A program made the position numbers and the translations under genes. DNA of 64,000 bases from an uncultured Acidobacteriota bacterium (lineage in GTDB: Bacteria > Acidobacteriota > Thermoanaerobaculia > Gp7-AA8). The first letter of the stretch is position 1. Each line of letters begins with the position of its first letter. Under the pieces are notes generated by a model. It did not search any database and was not told the DNA's origin. It saw only the letters and a list, made by a program, of their open reading frames with translations. The stretch spans positions 1,024,001 through 1,088,000 of the forward strand of contig CAVUKB010000007.1 of NCBI GenBank assembly GCA_963741955.1, read 5' to 3'. Shown piece after piece: positions 13,544 to 24,102 of the stretch.

Positions 13544-13838
13544 CACCTCTGCATTCCTCCTCCTCTCCGCCACCATCTTTTCCATCGGTCTGGTCGGCGT
13601 GGTGGTTCGGAGAAACATGATCACGGTCCTGATGTGCATCGAACTGATGCTCAACGCCGTGAATATCAATTTCGTGGCATTCGCCTCACGCCTTTCGAAT
13701 CTCGAAGGCCACATCTTCCCGATCTTCGTCATCACGGTCGCGGCGGGTGAGGCGGCGGTGGGTCTCGCCATCATCATTCAGTTCTACCGGCTCGAGAGCA
13801 GCGTCAATGTCGACGAGGCCCGGGAGCTGAACGGCTGA
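13536..13838 (+). CDS. nuoK: NADH-quinone oxidoreductase subunit K
   Basis: RRNMITVLMCIELMLNAVN and VAAGEAAVGLAI. Confidence 0.96.
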   Translation: MPDTSAFLLLSATIFSIGLVGVVVRRNMITVLMCIELMLNAVNINFVAFASRLSNLEGHIFPIFVITVAAGEAAVGLAIIIQFYRLESSVNVDEARELNG

Positions 13839-13849
13839 CGCGGGGATCA

Positions 13850-16087
13850 ATGATGAATATCGGATCGATTCTCTGGCTCATCCCCACCCTTCCCGCTCTC
13901 GGCGCGCTGATCAACGGTCTGCGTGCGGTGTCGAGCCGGGAAGCGAAGAACCGCGCCGTGACCAACGCGTTCGCGCTCGGCACGACTGCCCTGTCGGCCC
14001 TGATCGCCACTGCGGTGGTGCTGCTCTATGTCCGGCACGGCATCCACGAAGCGGTCGAGGTGGCCTACTACCACTGGATCCCCTCCGGCATGGGTGAGGT
14101 TCTGAAGGGAAGCTTCATCGCGAACTTCAACGTCGACCTCGCGTTTCGCGTCGACACCCTCTCCTCGGTGATGATGATGGTCGTCACCTGGGTCGGGTTC
14201 CTGATTCACGTCTACTCGGTGGGGTACATGGCCCACGAGAAGGGCTACACCCGCTTCTTCGCTTATCTCAACCTCTTCATGTTCATGATGCTGTTGCTCG
14301 TGATGGGCAACAACTACATCGTGATGTTCGTCGGTTGGGAGGGCGTCGGACTCTGCTCGTATCTCCTGATCGGGTTCTACTACGACAAGAACTTCGCCGC
14401 GGACGCCGGGAAGAAGGCGTTCATCACCAACCGGATCGGCGATTTCGGGTTCCTTCTCGGAGTCTTTCTCATCTTCAACTACTTCGGGACGGTCGATTTC
14501 ACGAAGGTCTTCGCCCTGGCGAGCGCATATCCGAGCCAGTACGCGGGAGTGGCCACGGCGATCGGCATCTTCCTGTTCATCGGCGCGTGCGGAAAGTCCG
14601 CACAGATTCCTCTGTACGTGTGGCTTCCTGACGCCATGGCCGGCCCCACCCCGGTCTCGGCACTGATCCACGCCGCGACGATGGTCACCGCGGGCGTCTA
14701 CATGGTGGTGCGGTCGAACGTGCTCTACCGACTTTCGCCGGCCGCGATGGCGGTGGTCGCCATCGTCGGTGCGCTGACCGCGATCTTCGCGGCGAGCATC
14801 GGCCTGATGCAGAACGACATCAAGAAGGTGCTCGCTTACTCCACCGTCTCGCAGCTCGGATACATGTTCATCGGCGCGGGTGTCGGAGCGTTCACCGCGG
14901 CCATCTTCCACCTGATGACGCACGCTTTCTTCAAAGCCTGCCTCTTCCTCGGCGCCGGATCAGTCATTCACGGATGCGGCGGCGAGCAGGACATGCGGAA
15001 GATGGGCGGTCTCCGGAAGTACATGCCGAAGACCCACTGGACGTTCCTCGTGGCGACGCTCGCGATCTCCGGTATTCCTCCGCTGGCGGGCTTCTTCTCC
15101 AAGGACGAGATCCTCGCGAGCGCATTCCTGCAGCGGTTCGACACGCTTCCCGCTCCCTGGAATCACGCGCCGCAGATCGCCTGGGTCCTCGGAACGGTGG
15201 CCGCGATCTTCACCGCGTTCTACATGTTCCGCCTCTACTACATGACCTTCCACGGGAAGTATCGCGGCGCATTCATCGAAGGAGTGGTGGAGTCGGAGCC
15301 GTCGCACGGAGGTCACGATCTGATCGACGACCACACCCATCTCGACGTCGCCGCGGGAAGCGGTCATCATCCTGCGCCGTCCGGCAAGGGCCACGGGCAT
15401 CACGACGACGCGCATGCGACGCCTCACGAGTCGCCGTGGACGATGACCGGAGTGCTCGCAGTGCTCGCGACGCTCGCCGCCATCGGTGGCCTGATCGGGC
15501 CGCCGCTCGCCGCGTTCGGGATGCACACGGAGAATCCGTTCCAGAAATTCCTCGAGCCGGTGCTCGCGCCGATCGGAGGTCATTCCTTCGAATTCATCGA
15601 GGCGAGCTCGATCGGGATGGACTGGTTCCTGATCGCGTTCTCGGTGCTGGCTGCGGTGTTCGGCATTCTCGTCGCGCGCCGGTGGTACAAGAGCGATCCC
15701 GACTGGGCGATTCCGACCCGTCTCGCGCTCCGTTTCCCCGGCTTCTACAAGCTCGTCGCGAACAAGTACTACGTAGACGAGATCTATCAGGCCACGGTCA
15801 TCCGCGGGACCCTGTTATTCAGCTGGATGCTGGCCTGGTTCGACAGTCACGTCGTGGACGGGCTGGTGAATCTGACCCGTCACGTCACGGTGATCTTCTT
15901 TGGTGAAGGATCCTCGCTGTTCGACAGGTTCGTCGTCGACGGTGCGGTCAACGGTGTGGCCTTCACGGCGAAAGGCGGCTCCGCGCTGCTGCGGAGAGTT
16001 CAGAGCGGGTTCGTTCAGAAGTACGCCCTGATCATGGGTGGTGGAGTGGTCTTCATGGTTGCCCTCTACCTGGTGATGAGACTCTGA
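13850..16087 (+). CDS. nuoL: NADH-quinone oxidoreductase subunit L
   Basis: GWEGVGLCSYLLIGF, GKSAQIPLYVWLPDAMAGPTPVSALIHAATMV and HAFFKACLFL; His-rich loop. Confidence 0.97.
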   Translation: MMNIGSILWLIPTLPALGALINGLRAVSSREAKNRAVTNAFALGTTALSALIATAVVLLYVRHGIHEAVEVAYYHWIPSGMGEVLKGSFIANFNVDLAFRVDTLSSVMMMVVTWVGFLIHVYSVGYMAHEKGYTRFFAYLNLFMFMMLLLVMGNNYIVMFVGWEGVGLCSYLLIGFYYDKNFAADAGKKAFITNRIGDFGFLLGVFLIFNYFGTVDFTKVFALASAYPSQYAGVATAIGIFLFIGACGKSAQIPLYVWLPDAMAGPTPVSALIHAATMVTAGVYMVVRSNVLYRLSPAAMAVVAIVGALTAIFAASIGLMQNDIKKVLAYSTVSQLGYMFIGAGVGAFTAAIFHLMTHAFFKACLFLGAGSVIHGCGGEQDMRKMGGLRKYMPKTHWTFLVATLAISGIPPLAGFFSKDEILASAFLQRFDTLPAPWNHAPQIAWVLGTVAAIFTAFYMFRLYYMTFHGKYRGAFIEGVVESEPSHGGHDLIDDHTHLDVAAGSGHHPAPSGKGHGHHDDAHATPHESPWTMTGVLAVLATLAAIGGLIGPPLAAFGMHTENPFQKFLEPVLAPIGGHSFEFIEASSIGMDWFLIAFSVLAAVFGILVARRWYKSDPDWAIPTRLALRFPGFYKLVANKYYVDEIYQATVIRGTLLFSWMLAWFDSHVVDGLVNLTRHVTVIFFGEGSSLFDRFVVDGAVNGVAFTAKGGSALLRRVQSGFVQKYALIMGGGVVFMVALYLVMRL

Positions 16088-16144
16088 CCGGCGGCAATGA
16101 CATTCGGTCCACGTACTGAAATGACTGCCGTCCCGTGACGGCGA

Positions 16145-17812
16145 ATGAGTGGAGACGCAACGTCCATGGGCATCTACAATTCAGGATTTCCGATTCTCTC
16201 GCTGATCACTTACCTGCCGCTGGTGGGTTCGCTGATCATCGTCTTCCTGGTTCCGAAAGAGAAGACGAAGACGATCAAGACGGTGGCCACCGTGATCGCC
16301 GGACTCGATCTCGCTCTGACCATTCCGCTCTGGTGGGCATTCAACTCGAGCGGCACGGGTGCGGGACTCTTTCAGTTCCAGGAGCACCACGCATGGATTC
16401 CGTCCCTCGGCGTCGAGTACTTCTTCGGAATCGACGGAATCGCGCTCCTGCTGATCTTCCTCACCAACGTGATGGGGCTGATCGCCGTCTATTCGTCGTT
16501 CTCGGCGATCGAGCATCGGGAGAAGGAGTACTACACGCTGATGCTGATGCTGCAGACCGGCATGCTCGGCGTCTTCTGTGCCCTCGACTTCTTCCTCTTC
16601 TACGTCTTCTGGGAAGTGATGCTGGTGCCGATGTACTTCCTGATCGGAGTCTGGGGAGGCCCCCGCAAGCTCTACGCAGCGATCAAGTTCTTTCTCTACA
16701 CTCTGGCCGGTTCGGTCCTGATGCTGCTGTCGATCCTGACGCTCTACTTCTACAACAGCGGCGGCATCCCGTTCTTCGGGATCAAGGGGCTCGGGAACCC
16801 GGCGACCTTCAACGTCCTCCAGTACCACGAGATCGGACACCTCATCCCGCCGGGCCTGCAGTTCTGGATCTTCCTCGGCTTCTTCTTCGGGTTCGCGATC
16901 AAGGTGCCGATGTTCCCGTTCCACACCTGGCTGCCTGACGCGCACGTCGAGGCTCCCACGGCCGGTTCGGTGATCCTGGCGGCCGTCCTCCTGAAGATGG
17001 GAACCTACGGATTCGTTCGGTTCTCGCTGCCGATTCTTCCCGACGCGACGAAACAGCTGGTCGTTCCGATCATCGTGCTGGCGATCATAGGCATCATCTA
17101 CGGTGCCCTGGTGGCGATGGTACAGAAGGACATGAAGAAGCTCGTCGCGTACTCCTCGGTGTCGCATCTCGGGTTCGTGATGCTGGGCATGTTCGCCCTC
17201 AACCCGATGGGTCTCAAGGGGTCAGTGCTGCAGATGGTCAATCACGGACTCTCGACCGGTGCACTCTTCCTTCTGGTCGGACTGGTCTACGAGAGACGCC
17301 ACACCCGTCTGATCGCGGAATACGGTGGCCTCGCGAAGCAGATGCCCATCTTCGCGACGCTCTTTCTGATCGCAACGCTCTCGTCGATCGGACTCCCGGC
17401 GTTGAACGGATTCGTCGGCGAGTTCACCATCCTGATCGGCGCCGCCAACCGCAGTCTGGTCTGGGCCGTCTTCGCGGCGACAGGCATCGTCCTCGGCGCG
17501 GCGTACATGCTCTGGCTCTACCAGAGGGTGTTCTGGGGTCCGCTCGACAATCCCGCCAACCGCACGCTCAAGGATCTCAACGCGCGCGAGATCTGGACTC
17601 TGGTCCCGATCGTCGCCTGCATGTTCTGGATCGGTCTCTATCCGGCTCCGTTCTTCAAGCTCCTCGACAAGCCGGTCGACTACCTGGTGCAGAAGGTCGA
17701 CCCGGGCTACTACCAGAGAGAGCAGATGGCGTATCCGGTTCCGGCCGAACACGAAATGCCGACTCCTGCCGCCGCGCAGGTGATGCCCGAGGGTTCTCAT
17801 GCAATGGAGTGA
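16145..17812 (+). CDS. nuoM: NADH-quinone oxidoreductase subunit M
   Basis: FWEVMLVPMYFLIG, KVPMFPFHTWLPDAHVEAPT and AYSSVSHLG. Confidence 0.97.
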   Translation: MSGDATSMGIYNSGFPILSLITYLPLVGSLIIVFLVPKEKTKTIKTVATVIAGLDLALTIPLWWAFNSSGTGAGLFQFQEHHAWIPSLGVEYFFGIDGIALLLIFLTNVMGLIAVYSSFSAIEHREKEYYTLMLMLQTGMLGVFCALDFFLFYVFWEVMLVPMYFLIGVWGGPRKLYAAIKFFLYTLAGSVLMLLSILTLYFYNSGGIPFFGIKGLGNPATFNVLQYHEIGHLIPPGLQFWIFLGFFFGFAIKVPMFPFHTWLPDAHVEAPTAGSVILAAVLLKMGTYGFVRFSLPILPDATKQLVVPIIVLAIIGIIYGALVAMVQKDMKKLVAYSSVSHLGFVMLGMFALNPMGLKGSVLQMVNHGLSTGALFLLVGLVYERRHTRLIAEYGGLAKQMPIFATLFLIATLSSIGLPALNGFVGEFTILIGAANRSLVWAVFAATGIVLGAAYMLWLYQRVFWGPLDNPANRTLKDLNAREIWTLVPIVACMFWIGLYPAPFFKLLDKPVDYLVQKVDPGYYQREQMAYPVPAEHEMPTPAAAQVMPEGSHAME

Positions 17813-19250
17813 TCTGGTTTTCCTGCTGCCGGAGATCGTCCTCTTCGCCGGGGCGTCTCTACTGCTGCTCGCTCCCTTCGTCGGATTCCGGCGTGAAGGC
17901 CGCGACGCGAAGTGGATGACGCTCGGTGTCCTGGTCGGTACCGCGGTGGCGCTGACTCTGACGGCATTGTCGACTGCAGTCCCGAGCGCCTCACTCGATG
18001 CGATGTTCGTCAGTGACGGGTTCGCGAGCTTCTTCAAGATTCTGCTGCTGGTGATCATCGGAATCGTGGTGCTCCTCTCTTCCGACTTTCTCGCGGAAGG
18101 GAAGTACTCTCCGTGGGAGTACTACTCGCTGATGCTCTTCGCCCTCGCGGGAATGTTCTTCATGGCCTCCGGGATCCACCTGATCTCGATCTGGATCGGA
18201 CTGGAGCTGATGTCGCTCTCGAGCTACATCCTGACCGGCTATTACAAGGCGGAGAAGAAGTCGACCGAGGCGGCGATGAAGTACTTCATCCTCGGTGCGA
18301 TGAGCTCGGCCATTCTCCTCTACGGTGTTTCGCTCATTTACGGGGTCACCGGATCGCTCGGGCTCTCGGATATCCGGCATGCCCTCGCGGCAGGAGCGGG
18401 GCAGGTGGTGATGGCCGGAGTGATGCTGCTCGGAGCGGGACTCTGCTTCAAGGTCGCGGCGGTGCCGTTCCATGCATGGACGCCCGACGTGTACGAGGGG
18501 GCGCCCACTCCCATCAGCGCGTTTCTCTCCACCGCTTCGAAGGCGGCGGCATTCGCGATGTTCGCCCGCATCTTCTACGAGGCGCTTCCGGACATCCACG
18601 TGAACTGGAGCCTGGTGATCGCGATCATCTCCGCCATGACCATGATCGTCGGCAACGTCGCGGCGATGATCCAGGACAACGTGAAACGGATGCTCGCGTA
18701 TTCGTCGATCGGACATGCGGGCTACGCGCTGCTCGGAATTCTCGCCATGAGCGAGATCGGCCTCTACTCGGTGCTGATCTACATGGTCGCGTACGCGTTC
18801 GCCAATCTCGGCGCGTGGGCGACGGTGATGGTCCTCCAGCGTCACGAGTATGCCGGCGAGAGCGTCGCCGACTTCGAAGGGCTCCACCAGCGGGCTCCGT
18901 TCTACGCATTCTCGATGGTGATCTTCCTCCTCTCGCTCGGCGGCATTCCTCCGCTGGCCGGATTCCTCGGGAAGTACTTCCTCTTCGCCGCGGCGATTCA
19001 GGCCGGATACGCGTGGCTCGCGGTGATCGCGGTGCTGATGTCGGCCGTGTCGATCTACTACTACTTCCGGATCGTAGTCGCGATGTACCTGAAGGAAGGT
19101 AAGCCTGCGGAGGTGGTGATCACCCGCTCGCTGCGGTTCGCGGTGGCGTTCTGTCTGGTGGCGACGATCGTCCTCGGCATCGCGGCGGAGCCTCTGATCG
19201 GAGGCGTGAGGCACTCGCTGCAGACGATCGTGGTGACTTTCCTCCGCTGA
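17799..19250 (+). CDS. nuoN: NADH-quinone oxidoreductase subunit N
   Basis: EAAMKYFILG, FKVAAVPFHAWTPDVYEGAPT, KRMLAYSSIGHAGY and SLGGIPPLAGF. Confidence 0.97.
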   Translation: MQWSDLVFLLPEIVLFAGASLLLLAPFVGFRREGRDAKWMTLGVLVGTAVALTLTALSTAVPSASLDAMFVSDGFASFFKILLLVIIGIVVLLSSDFLAEGKYSPWEYYSLMLFALAGMFFMASGIHLISIWIGLELMSLSSYILTGYYKAEKKSTEAAMKYFILGAMSSAILLYGVSLIYGVTGSLGLSDIRHALAAGAGQVVMAGVMLLGAGLCFKVAAVPFHAWTPDVYEGAPTPISAFLSTASKAAAFAMFARIFYEALPDIHVNWSLVIAIISAMTMIVGNVAAMIQDNVKRMLAYSSIGHAGYALLGILAMSEIGLYSVLIYMVAYAFANLGAWATVMVLQRHEYAGESVADFEGLHQRAPFYAFSMVIFLLSLGGIPPLAGFLGKYFLFAAAIQAGYAWLAVIAVLMSAVSIYYYFRIVVAMYLKEGKPAEVVITRSLRFAVAFCLVATIVLGIAAEPLIGGVRHSLQTIVVTFLR

Positions 19251-19258
19251 TTCATCGC

Positions 19259-21948
19259 CGGGCGCGCGAAAGTGGGTCGCGCGTCCCGCGCGAGGCTCGC
19301 ACAGTGGGTCGCGCACAGTGGGTCGCGCACAGTGGGTCGCGCGTCCCGCGCGAGGCTCGCCGGCATCGTGCCGGCGAGCGATGGCGTCAACGCCGCGCGG
19401 ATCGTTCCTCTCGCGATGTGGTGTGTTCGTGTCTCCTTACTCGGGAGGACCGTCGTATCCTGCCCGGAGGCAGGACGGCGCGGGACGCCGCCCTGCATCG
19501 GGCGAGACGCCCAACCCACTTTGGCCGCCCTGCACAGTGGGTCGCGCGAAAGTGGGTCGCGCGTCCCGCGCGAGGCTCGCCGGCATCGTGCCGGCGAGCG
19601 ATGGCGTCAACGCCGCGCGGATCGTTCCTCTCGCGATGTGGTTTGTTCGTGTCTCTTTACTCGGGAGGATCTGCGTATCCTGTCCGGGGGCAGGGCGGCG
19701 CGGGACGCCGCCCTGCCCCGGACGGGACGTCCAACCCACTGGGCATCGGGCGAGACGCCCAACCCACTTTGGCCGCCCTGCACAGTGGGTCGCGCGAAAG
19801 TGGGTCGCGCGTCCCGCGCGAGGCTCGCCGGCATCGTGCCGGCGAGCGATGGCGTCAACGCCGCGCGGATCGTTCCTCTCGCGATGTGGTTTGTTCGTGT
19901 CTCTTTACTCGGGAGGATCTGCGTATCCTGTCCGGGGCAGGGCGGCGCGGGACGCCGCCCTGCACAGTGGGTCGCGCGTCCCGCGCGAGGCTCGCCGGCA
20001 TCCTGCCGGGGAGCGATGGCGTCAAAGAAACGCAGATTGCTCCTCTCGCGATGTGGTGCGTTCGTGTCTCTCGACTCTCGGGACGATCCTCGCATCTCGC
20101 ACCGAACAGGGCGGCGCGGGACGCCGCCCTGCATCGGGCGAGACGCCCAACCCACAGACATGGGTCGCGCACAGTGGGTCGCGCGTCCCGCGCGAGGCTC
20201 GCCGGCATCGTGCCGGCGAGCGATGGCGTCAACGCCGCGCGGATCGTTCCTCTCGCGATGTGGTTTGTTCGTGTCTCTTTACTCGGGACGATCTGCGTAT
20301 CCTGTCCGGGGGCAGGGCGGCGCGGGACGCCGCCCTGCACAGTGGGTCGCGCGTCCCGCGCGAGGCTCGCCGGCATCGTGCCGGCGAGCGATGGTGTCAA
20401 CCCCGCGCGGATCGTTCCTCTCGCGATGTGGTTTGTTCGTGTCTCTTTACTCGGGAGGATCTGCGTATCCTGCCCGGGGGCAGGACGGCGCGGGACGCCG
20501 CCCTGCATCGGACGGGACGTCCAACCCACTGGGCATCGGGCGAGACGCCCAACCCACTTTGGCCGCCCTGCACAGTGGGTCGCGCGTCCCGCGCGAGGCT
20601 CGCCGGCATAGTGCCGGCGAGCGATGGTGTCAACGCCGCGCGGGTCGTTCCTCTCGCGATGTGGTTTGTTCGTGTCTCTTTACTCGGGAGGATCTTCGGA
20701 TCCTGTCCGGGGCAGGGCGGCGCGGGACGCCGCCCTGCACAGTGGGTCGCGCGTCCCGCGCGAGGCTCGCCGGCATCGTGCCGGCGAGCGATGGTGTCAA
20801 CCCCGCGCGGATCGTTCCTCTCGCGATGTGGTCTGTTCGTGTCTCTCTACTCGGGAGGACCTGCGTATCCTGTCCGAGGCAGGACGGCGCGGGACGCCGC
20901 CCTGCACAGTGGGTCGCGCGTCCCGCGCGAGGCTCGCCGGCATCGTGCCGGCGAGCGATGGTGTCAACACCGCGCGGATCGTTCCTCTCGCGATGTGGTT
21001 TGTTCGTGTCTCTTTACTCGGGAGGACCGTCGTATCCTGTCCGAGGCAGGACGGCGCGGGACGCCGCCCTGCATCGGACGGGACGTCCAACCCACTTTGG
21101 CCGCCCTGCATCGGGCGGGACGCCCAACCCACTGGGCATCGGACGGGACGTCCAACCCACAGACATGGGTCGTGCACAGTGGGTCGCGCGTCCCGCGCGA
21201 GGCTCGCCGGCATCGTGCCGGCGAGCGATGGTGTCAACCCCGCGCGGATCGTTCCTCTCGCGACGTCGTTTGTTCGTGTCTCTTTACTCGGGAGGATCCG
21301 CGTATCCTGTCCGAGGCAGGGCGGCGCGGGACGCCGCCCTGCCTCGGACGGGACGTCCAACCCACTGGGCATCGGACGGGACGCCCAACCCACTTTGGCC
21401 GCCCTGCACAGTGGGTCGCGCGCAGTGGGTCGCGCGTCCCGCGCGAGGCTCGCCGGCATCGTGCCTTCGAGCGATGGCGTCAACGCCGCGCGGATCGTTC
21501 CTCTCGCGATGTGGTTTGTTCGTGTCTCTTTACTCGGGACGATCTGCGTATCCTGCCCGGGGGCAGGGCGGTGCGGGACGCCGCCCTGCATCGGACGGGA
21601 CGTCCAACCCACTGGGCATCGGACGAGACGCCCAACCCACTTTGGCCCGCCCTGCACAGTGGGTCGCGCATCCTGCGCGAGGCTCGCCGGCATCGTGCCG
21701 GCGAGCGATGGTGTCAACCCCGCGCGGATCGTTCCTCTCGCGACGTGGTTTGTTCGTGTCTCTTTACTCGGGAGGACCGTCGTATCCTGCCCGGGGGCAG
21801 GACGGCGCGGGACGCCGCCCTGCATCGGGCGAGACGCCCAACCCACTGGGGATCGGGCGAGACGCCCAACCCACTGGGATCGGGCGAGACGCCCAACCCG
21901 CTGGGGATCGGACGAGACGCCCAACCCACTTTGGCCCCCCTGCATCGT
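19259..21948 (+). repeat. Tandem array of about 12 REP/BIME-like composite units (about 170-270 bp each)
   Basis: Units begin GTGGGTCGCGCGTCCCGCGCGAGGCTCGCCGGCATCGTGCCGGCGAGCGATGG at about 19332, 19552, 19800, 19967, 20174, 20342, 20575, 20742, 20909, 21179, 21425 and 21659 (partial at 19272). They end GGCGCGGGACGCCGCCCTGCA, with variable numbers of TCGGGCGAGACGCCCAACCCAC-like modules. Confidence 0.93.
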
Positions 21949-21986
21949 TCAGGACCAACGCCGGTGCGCGATCCCTCCGCCCGCGC

Positions 21987-21992
21987 TACAAT
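21987..21992 (+). promoter_or_regulatory. Putative -10 element (TACAAT) for the atp Fo genes
   Basis: GCTACAAT lies 21 nt upstream of ATG 22014, just after the repeat array. Confidence 0.45.
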
Positions 21993-22013
21993 GCGCCGCC
22001 GGAACGTATTGCC

Positions 22014-22220
22014 ATGCCTGACAAAAACAAGAAGGACATGCGCCAGATGCTCGAGCTCTCTTCGATCGGCTTCATGTTCCCGATCGCGATCGGGCTCGGT
22101 TTTCTCTGGGGGTGGGGGATGGACCGGCTGTTCGGAACCTACCCCTGGTTGACGGCGATCTTCTCCGGTCTCGGAATCATCGCGGCATTCGTGAATCTGT
22201 TCCGGATGACGAAGGAATGA
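22014..22220 (+). CDS. atpZ: AtpZ/AtpI-family small membrane protein (ATP synthase gene 1)
   Basis: MPDKNKKDMRQMLELSSIGFMFPIAIGLGFLWGWGMDRLFGTYPWLTAIFSGLGIIAAF, the real C-terminal part of the spurious 982-aa ORF; lies upstream of atpB. Confidence 0.85.
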   Translation: MPDKNKKDMRQMLELSSIGFMFPIAIGLGFLWGWGMDRLFGTYPWLTAIFSGLGIIAAFVNLFRMTKE

Positions 22221-22714
22221 GCGGGCCGACGGAGGGACCGCAGTCCCCCGAGCCGAATGGCGAAGGCGGGCCGTCCATCGAGGACGTCCCGGACGTTCCG
22301 CCCCCACAGGTCCCGCCGCCGCCGACTCCGGAGGAAACGGAGGAAGAGCGGCGGGGGGTGACCCGGCGGATCCGGAAGATCGCGATCGGGGCCTATTTTC
22401 CGATCGCGGCCTGGTATCTGATCCATGCGGATTGGGGATCGTTCGGTGGATTGACTTGCAGTGCAGCGGTGGCTATCATCAACTTCCTTTGGCTGGAGGG
22501 CCTGGTGGTCAAAGTTCTCCGGCCGGCGCCGCGGGTGAATGCGTGGAGGATGGTGGTGAGATCCCTCGCGCGCTTCATTCTCTTCGGAGTGGCGCTGTCG
22601 GTCGTCATCATCGTAGCTCGTTTCAATGCGATCAGTGTGTTGCTGGGATTCTCGATCATCGTCATCGGGATCATGGGAGAGGCCTGTTACGAGGCCTGGA
22701 ACGCGAAAGAATAG
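22217..22714 (+). CDS. atpI: ATP synthase subunit I-like membrane protein
   Basis: About 4 TM segments after a Pro/Glu-rich N-terminus; ATGA overlap with the upstream gene; directly before atpB. Confidence 0.7.
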   Translation: MSGPTEGPQSPEPNGEGGPSIEDVPDVPPPQVPPPPTPEETEEERRGVTRRIRKIAIGAYFPIAAWYLIHADWGSFGGLTCSAAVAIINFLWLEGLVVKVLRPAPRVNAWRMVVRSLARFILFGVALSVVIIVARFNAISVLLGFSIIVIGIMGEACYEAWNAKE

Positions 22715-22736
22715 CCCGGCAGTTCGGTGGAGTTGA

Positions 22737-23438
22737 ATGGAACATCAGCACTCGATTCTCTACGGTCCTTTCAATTGGGTCTGGCACAAGCTGGGCTTTG
22801 CCTGGGACGTTCCGGACCACGTGGTCATGGCGCTTCTGGTCTTCGCGATCTGCGCCGTGCTCCTTCCGCTCGTCTCCAGGAGCTTCAGCCGGGACGACCC
22901 CGGCCACTTTCAGCAGTTTCTCGAGTACATCATCGGTGGACTCAGGAATCTGCTCGAAGACGTCGTCGGTCACGGCTCGGAACGATATCTCGACCTGATC
23001 GGCGCCCTGACCGTCTTCATCTTCATCTCGAATATTTTCGGCCTCTTCTTTTTCCTTCAGCCGCCGACCGCGAACGTGAACACCACGTTCGGGCTGGCCA
23101 TCTGCGCGTTCCTCTATTACAACTTCCACGGGATCCGCGCTCAGGGCCCGCTCCACTATCTCAAGCACTTCGGCGGCCCGGTCTGGTGGCTCGCGCCGCT
23201 GATGTTTCCGATCGAACTGATCGGACACTTCGCGCGCATCCTTTCACTCGGCGTCCGTCTGTTCGGCAACATCTTCGGCGAGCACACCGCGACCGGGATC
23301 TTCGTCGGCCTGATGCCATTCGTGATTCCCTGGCCGATGATGGGGCTCGGTATCTTCGGCGCCGTCCTCCAGACCTTCATCTTCGTCATGTTGACCATGG
23401 TCTACATCGGTGGCGCCGTGGCCACCGAAGAACATTGA
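22737..23438 (+). CDS. atpB: ATP synthase Fo subunit a
   Basis: PPTANVNTT and [22 protein letters not shown] (conserved Arg), [14 protein letters not shown]. Confidence 0.96.
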   Translation: MEHQHSILYGPFNWVWHKLGFAWDVPDHVVMALLVFAICAVLLPLVSRSFSRDDPGHFQQFLEYIIGGLRNLLEDVVGHGSERYLDLIGALTVFIFISNIFGLFFFLQPPTANVNTTFGLAICAFLYYNFHGIRAQGPLHYLKHFGGPVWWLAPLMFPIELIGHFARILSLGVRLFGNIFGEHTATGIFVGLMPFVIPWPMMGLGIFGAVLQTFIFVMLTMVYIGGAVATEEH

Positions 23439-23484
23439 TCTCTACCTTTACCAGTCTCGAATTCTTGAAAGGAGGAATCCTCAG

Positions 23485-23808
23485 GTGAAGCATCTGAAAA
23501 CCATCATGCTGTTCGTGCTCGTCGCGCTCTCGGCGACCGCGATGTTCGCGCAGGCCGAGCCGGCCGCCGCTGCTACGGTTCACACCGGTGTGCAGTGGGG
23601 TCTGATCTCGGCGGCCTTCGTCCTCGGTCTCGCTGCCTTCGGCGGCGCGCTCGGACAGGGAAAAGCCATTGCTGCGGCCTGCGAAGGCATCGCGCGCAAC
23701 CCCGGCGCTGCCGGCGCGATCCGTCTCGCGATGATCATCGGTCTCGCACTGATCGAGTCGCTCGTCATCTACGCACTCGTCATCGCGTTCATCGTCCAGG
23801 CGAAGTAA
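23485..23808 (+). CDS. atpE: ATP synthase Fo subunit c with N-terminal signal-like extension
   Basis: GTG after an AGGAGG RBS; GGALGQG, GIARNP and [10 protein letters not shown]. Confidence 0.95.
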   Translation: MKHLKTIMLFVLVALSATAMFAQAEPAAAATVHTGVQWGLISAAFVLGLAAFGGALGQGKAIAAACEGIARNPGAAGAIRLAMIIGLALIESLVIYALVIAFIVQAK

Positions 23809-23833
23809 ACCGAGTTTCACCATCGCTGTCGAG

Positions 23834-23867
23834 AAGCCCGGCGGGTGCGAACCTGCCGGGCTTTTTT
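23834..23867 (+). terminator. Rho-independent terminator after atpE
   Basis: AAGCCCGGCGGGT-GCGA-ACCTGCCGGGCTTTTTT. Confidence 0.85.
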
Positions 23868-24102
23868 CTCGTGGTGCGTTCGACCGCGGCGAGACTCGTG
23901 GCGTACGCGATGAAGACGGCGGGTGTGGCAGGACGCGGAGCGTCGGTGATTCTCGCGACCAGCTCCTCTTCTGCCACGGGTTCGAATGATGCTGCGGTCG
24001 CGCATCTGCCGTGATCCGCGCGGCGGGATCCGCTGCGAGACTCGTGTCGTATGCGATGAAGACGGCCGTGGCGCTGTGAGGAATCCGCGCGAAATCTCCG
24101 CG

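Noticed and set aside
19259-21948. Possible CRISPR array
   Set aside because: Units are 170-270 bp, the inter-arm cores are near-identical rather than unique spacers, and no cas genes are present.
19272-22220. 982-, 944-, 465- and 435-aa ORFs across the first repeat array
   Set aside because: They are translations of GC-rich tandem repeats that are open in several frames at once. Only the last 68 codons (atpZ) look like a real protein.
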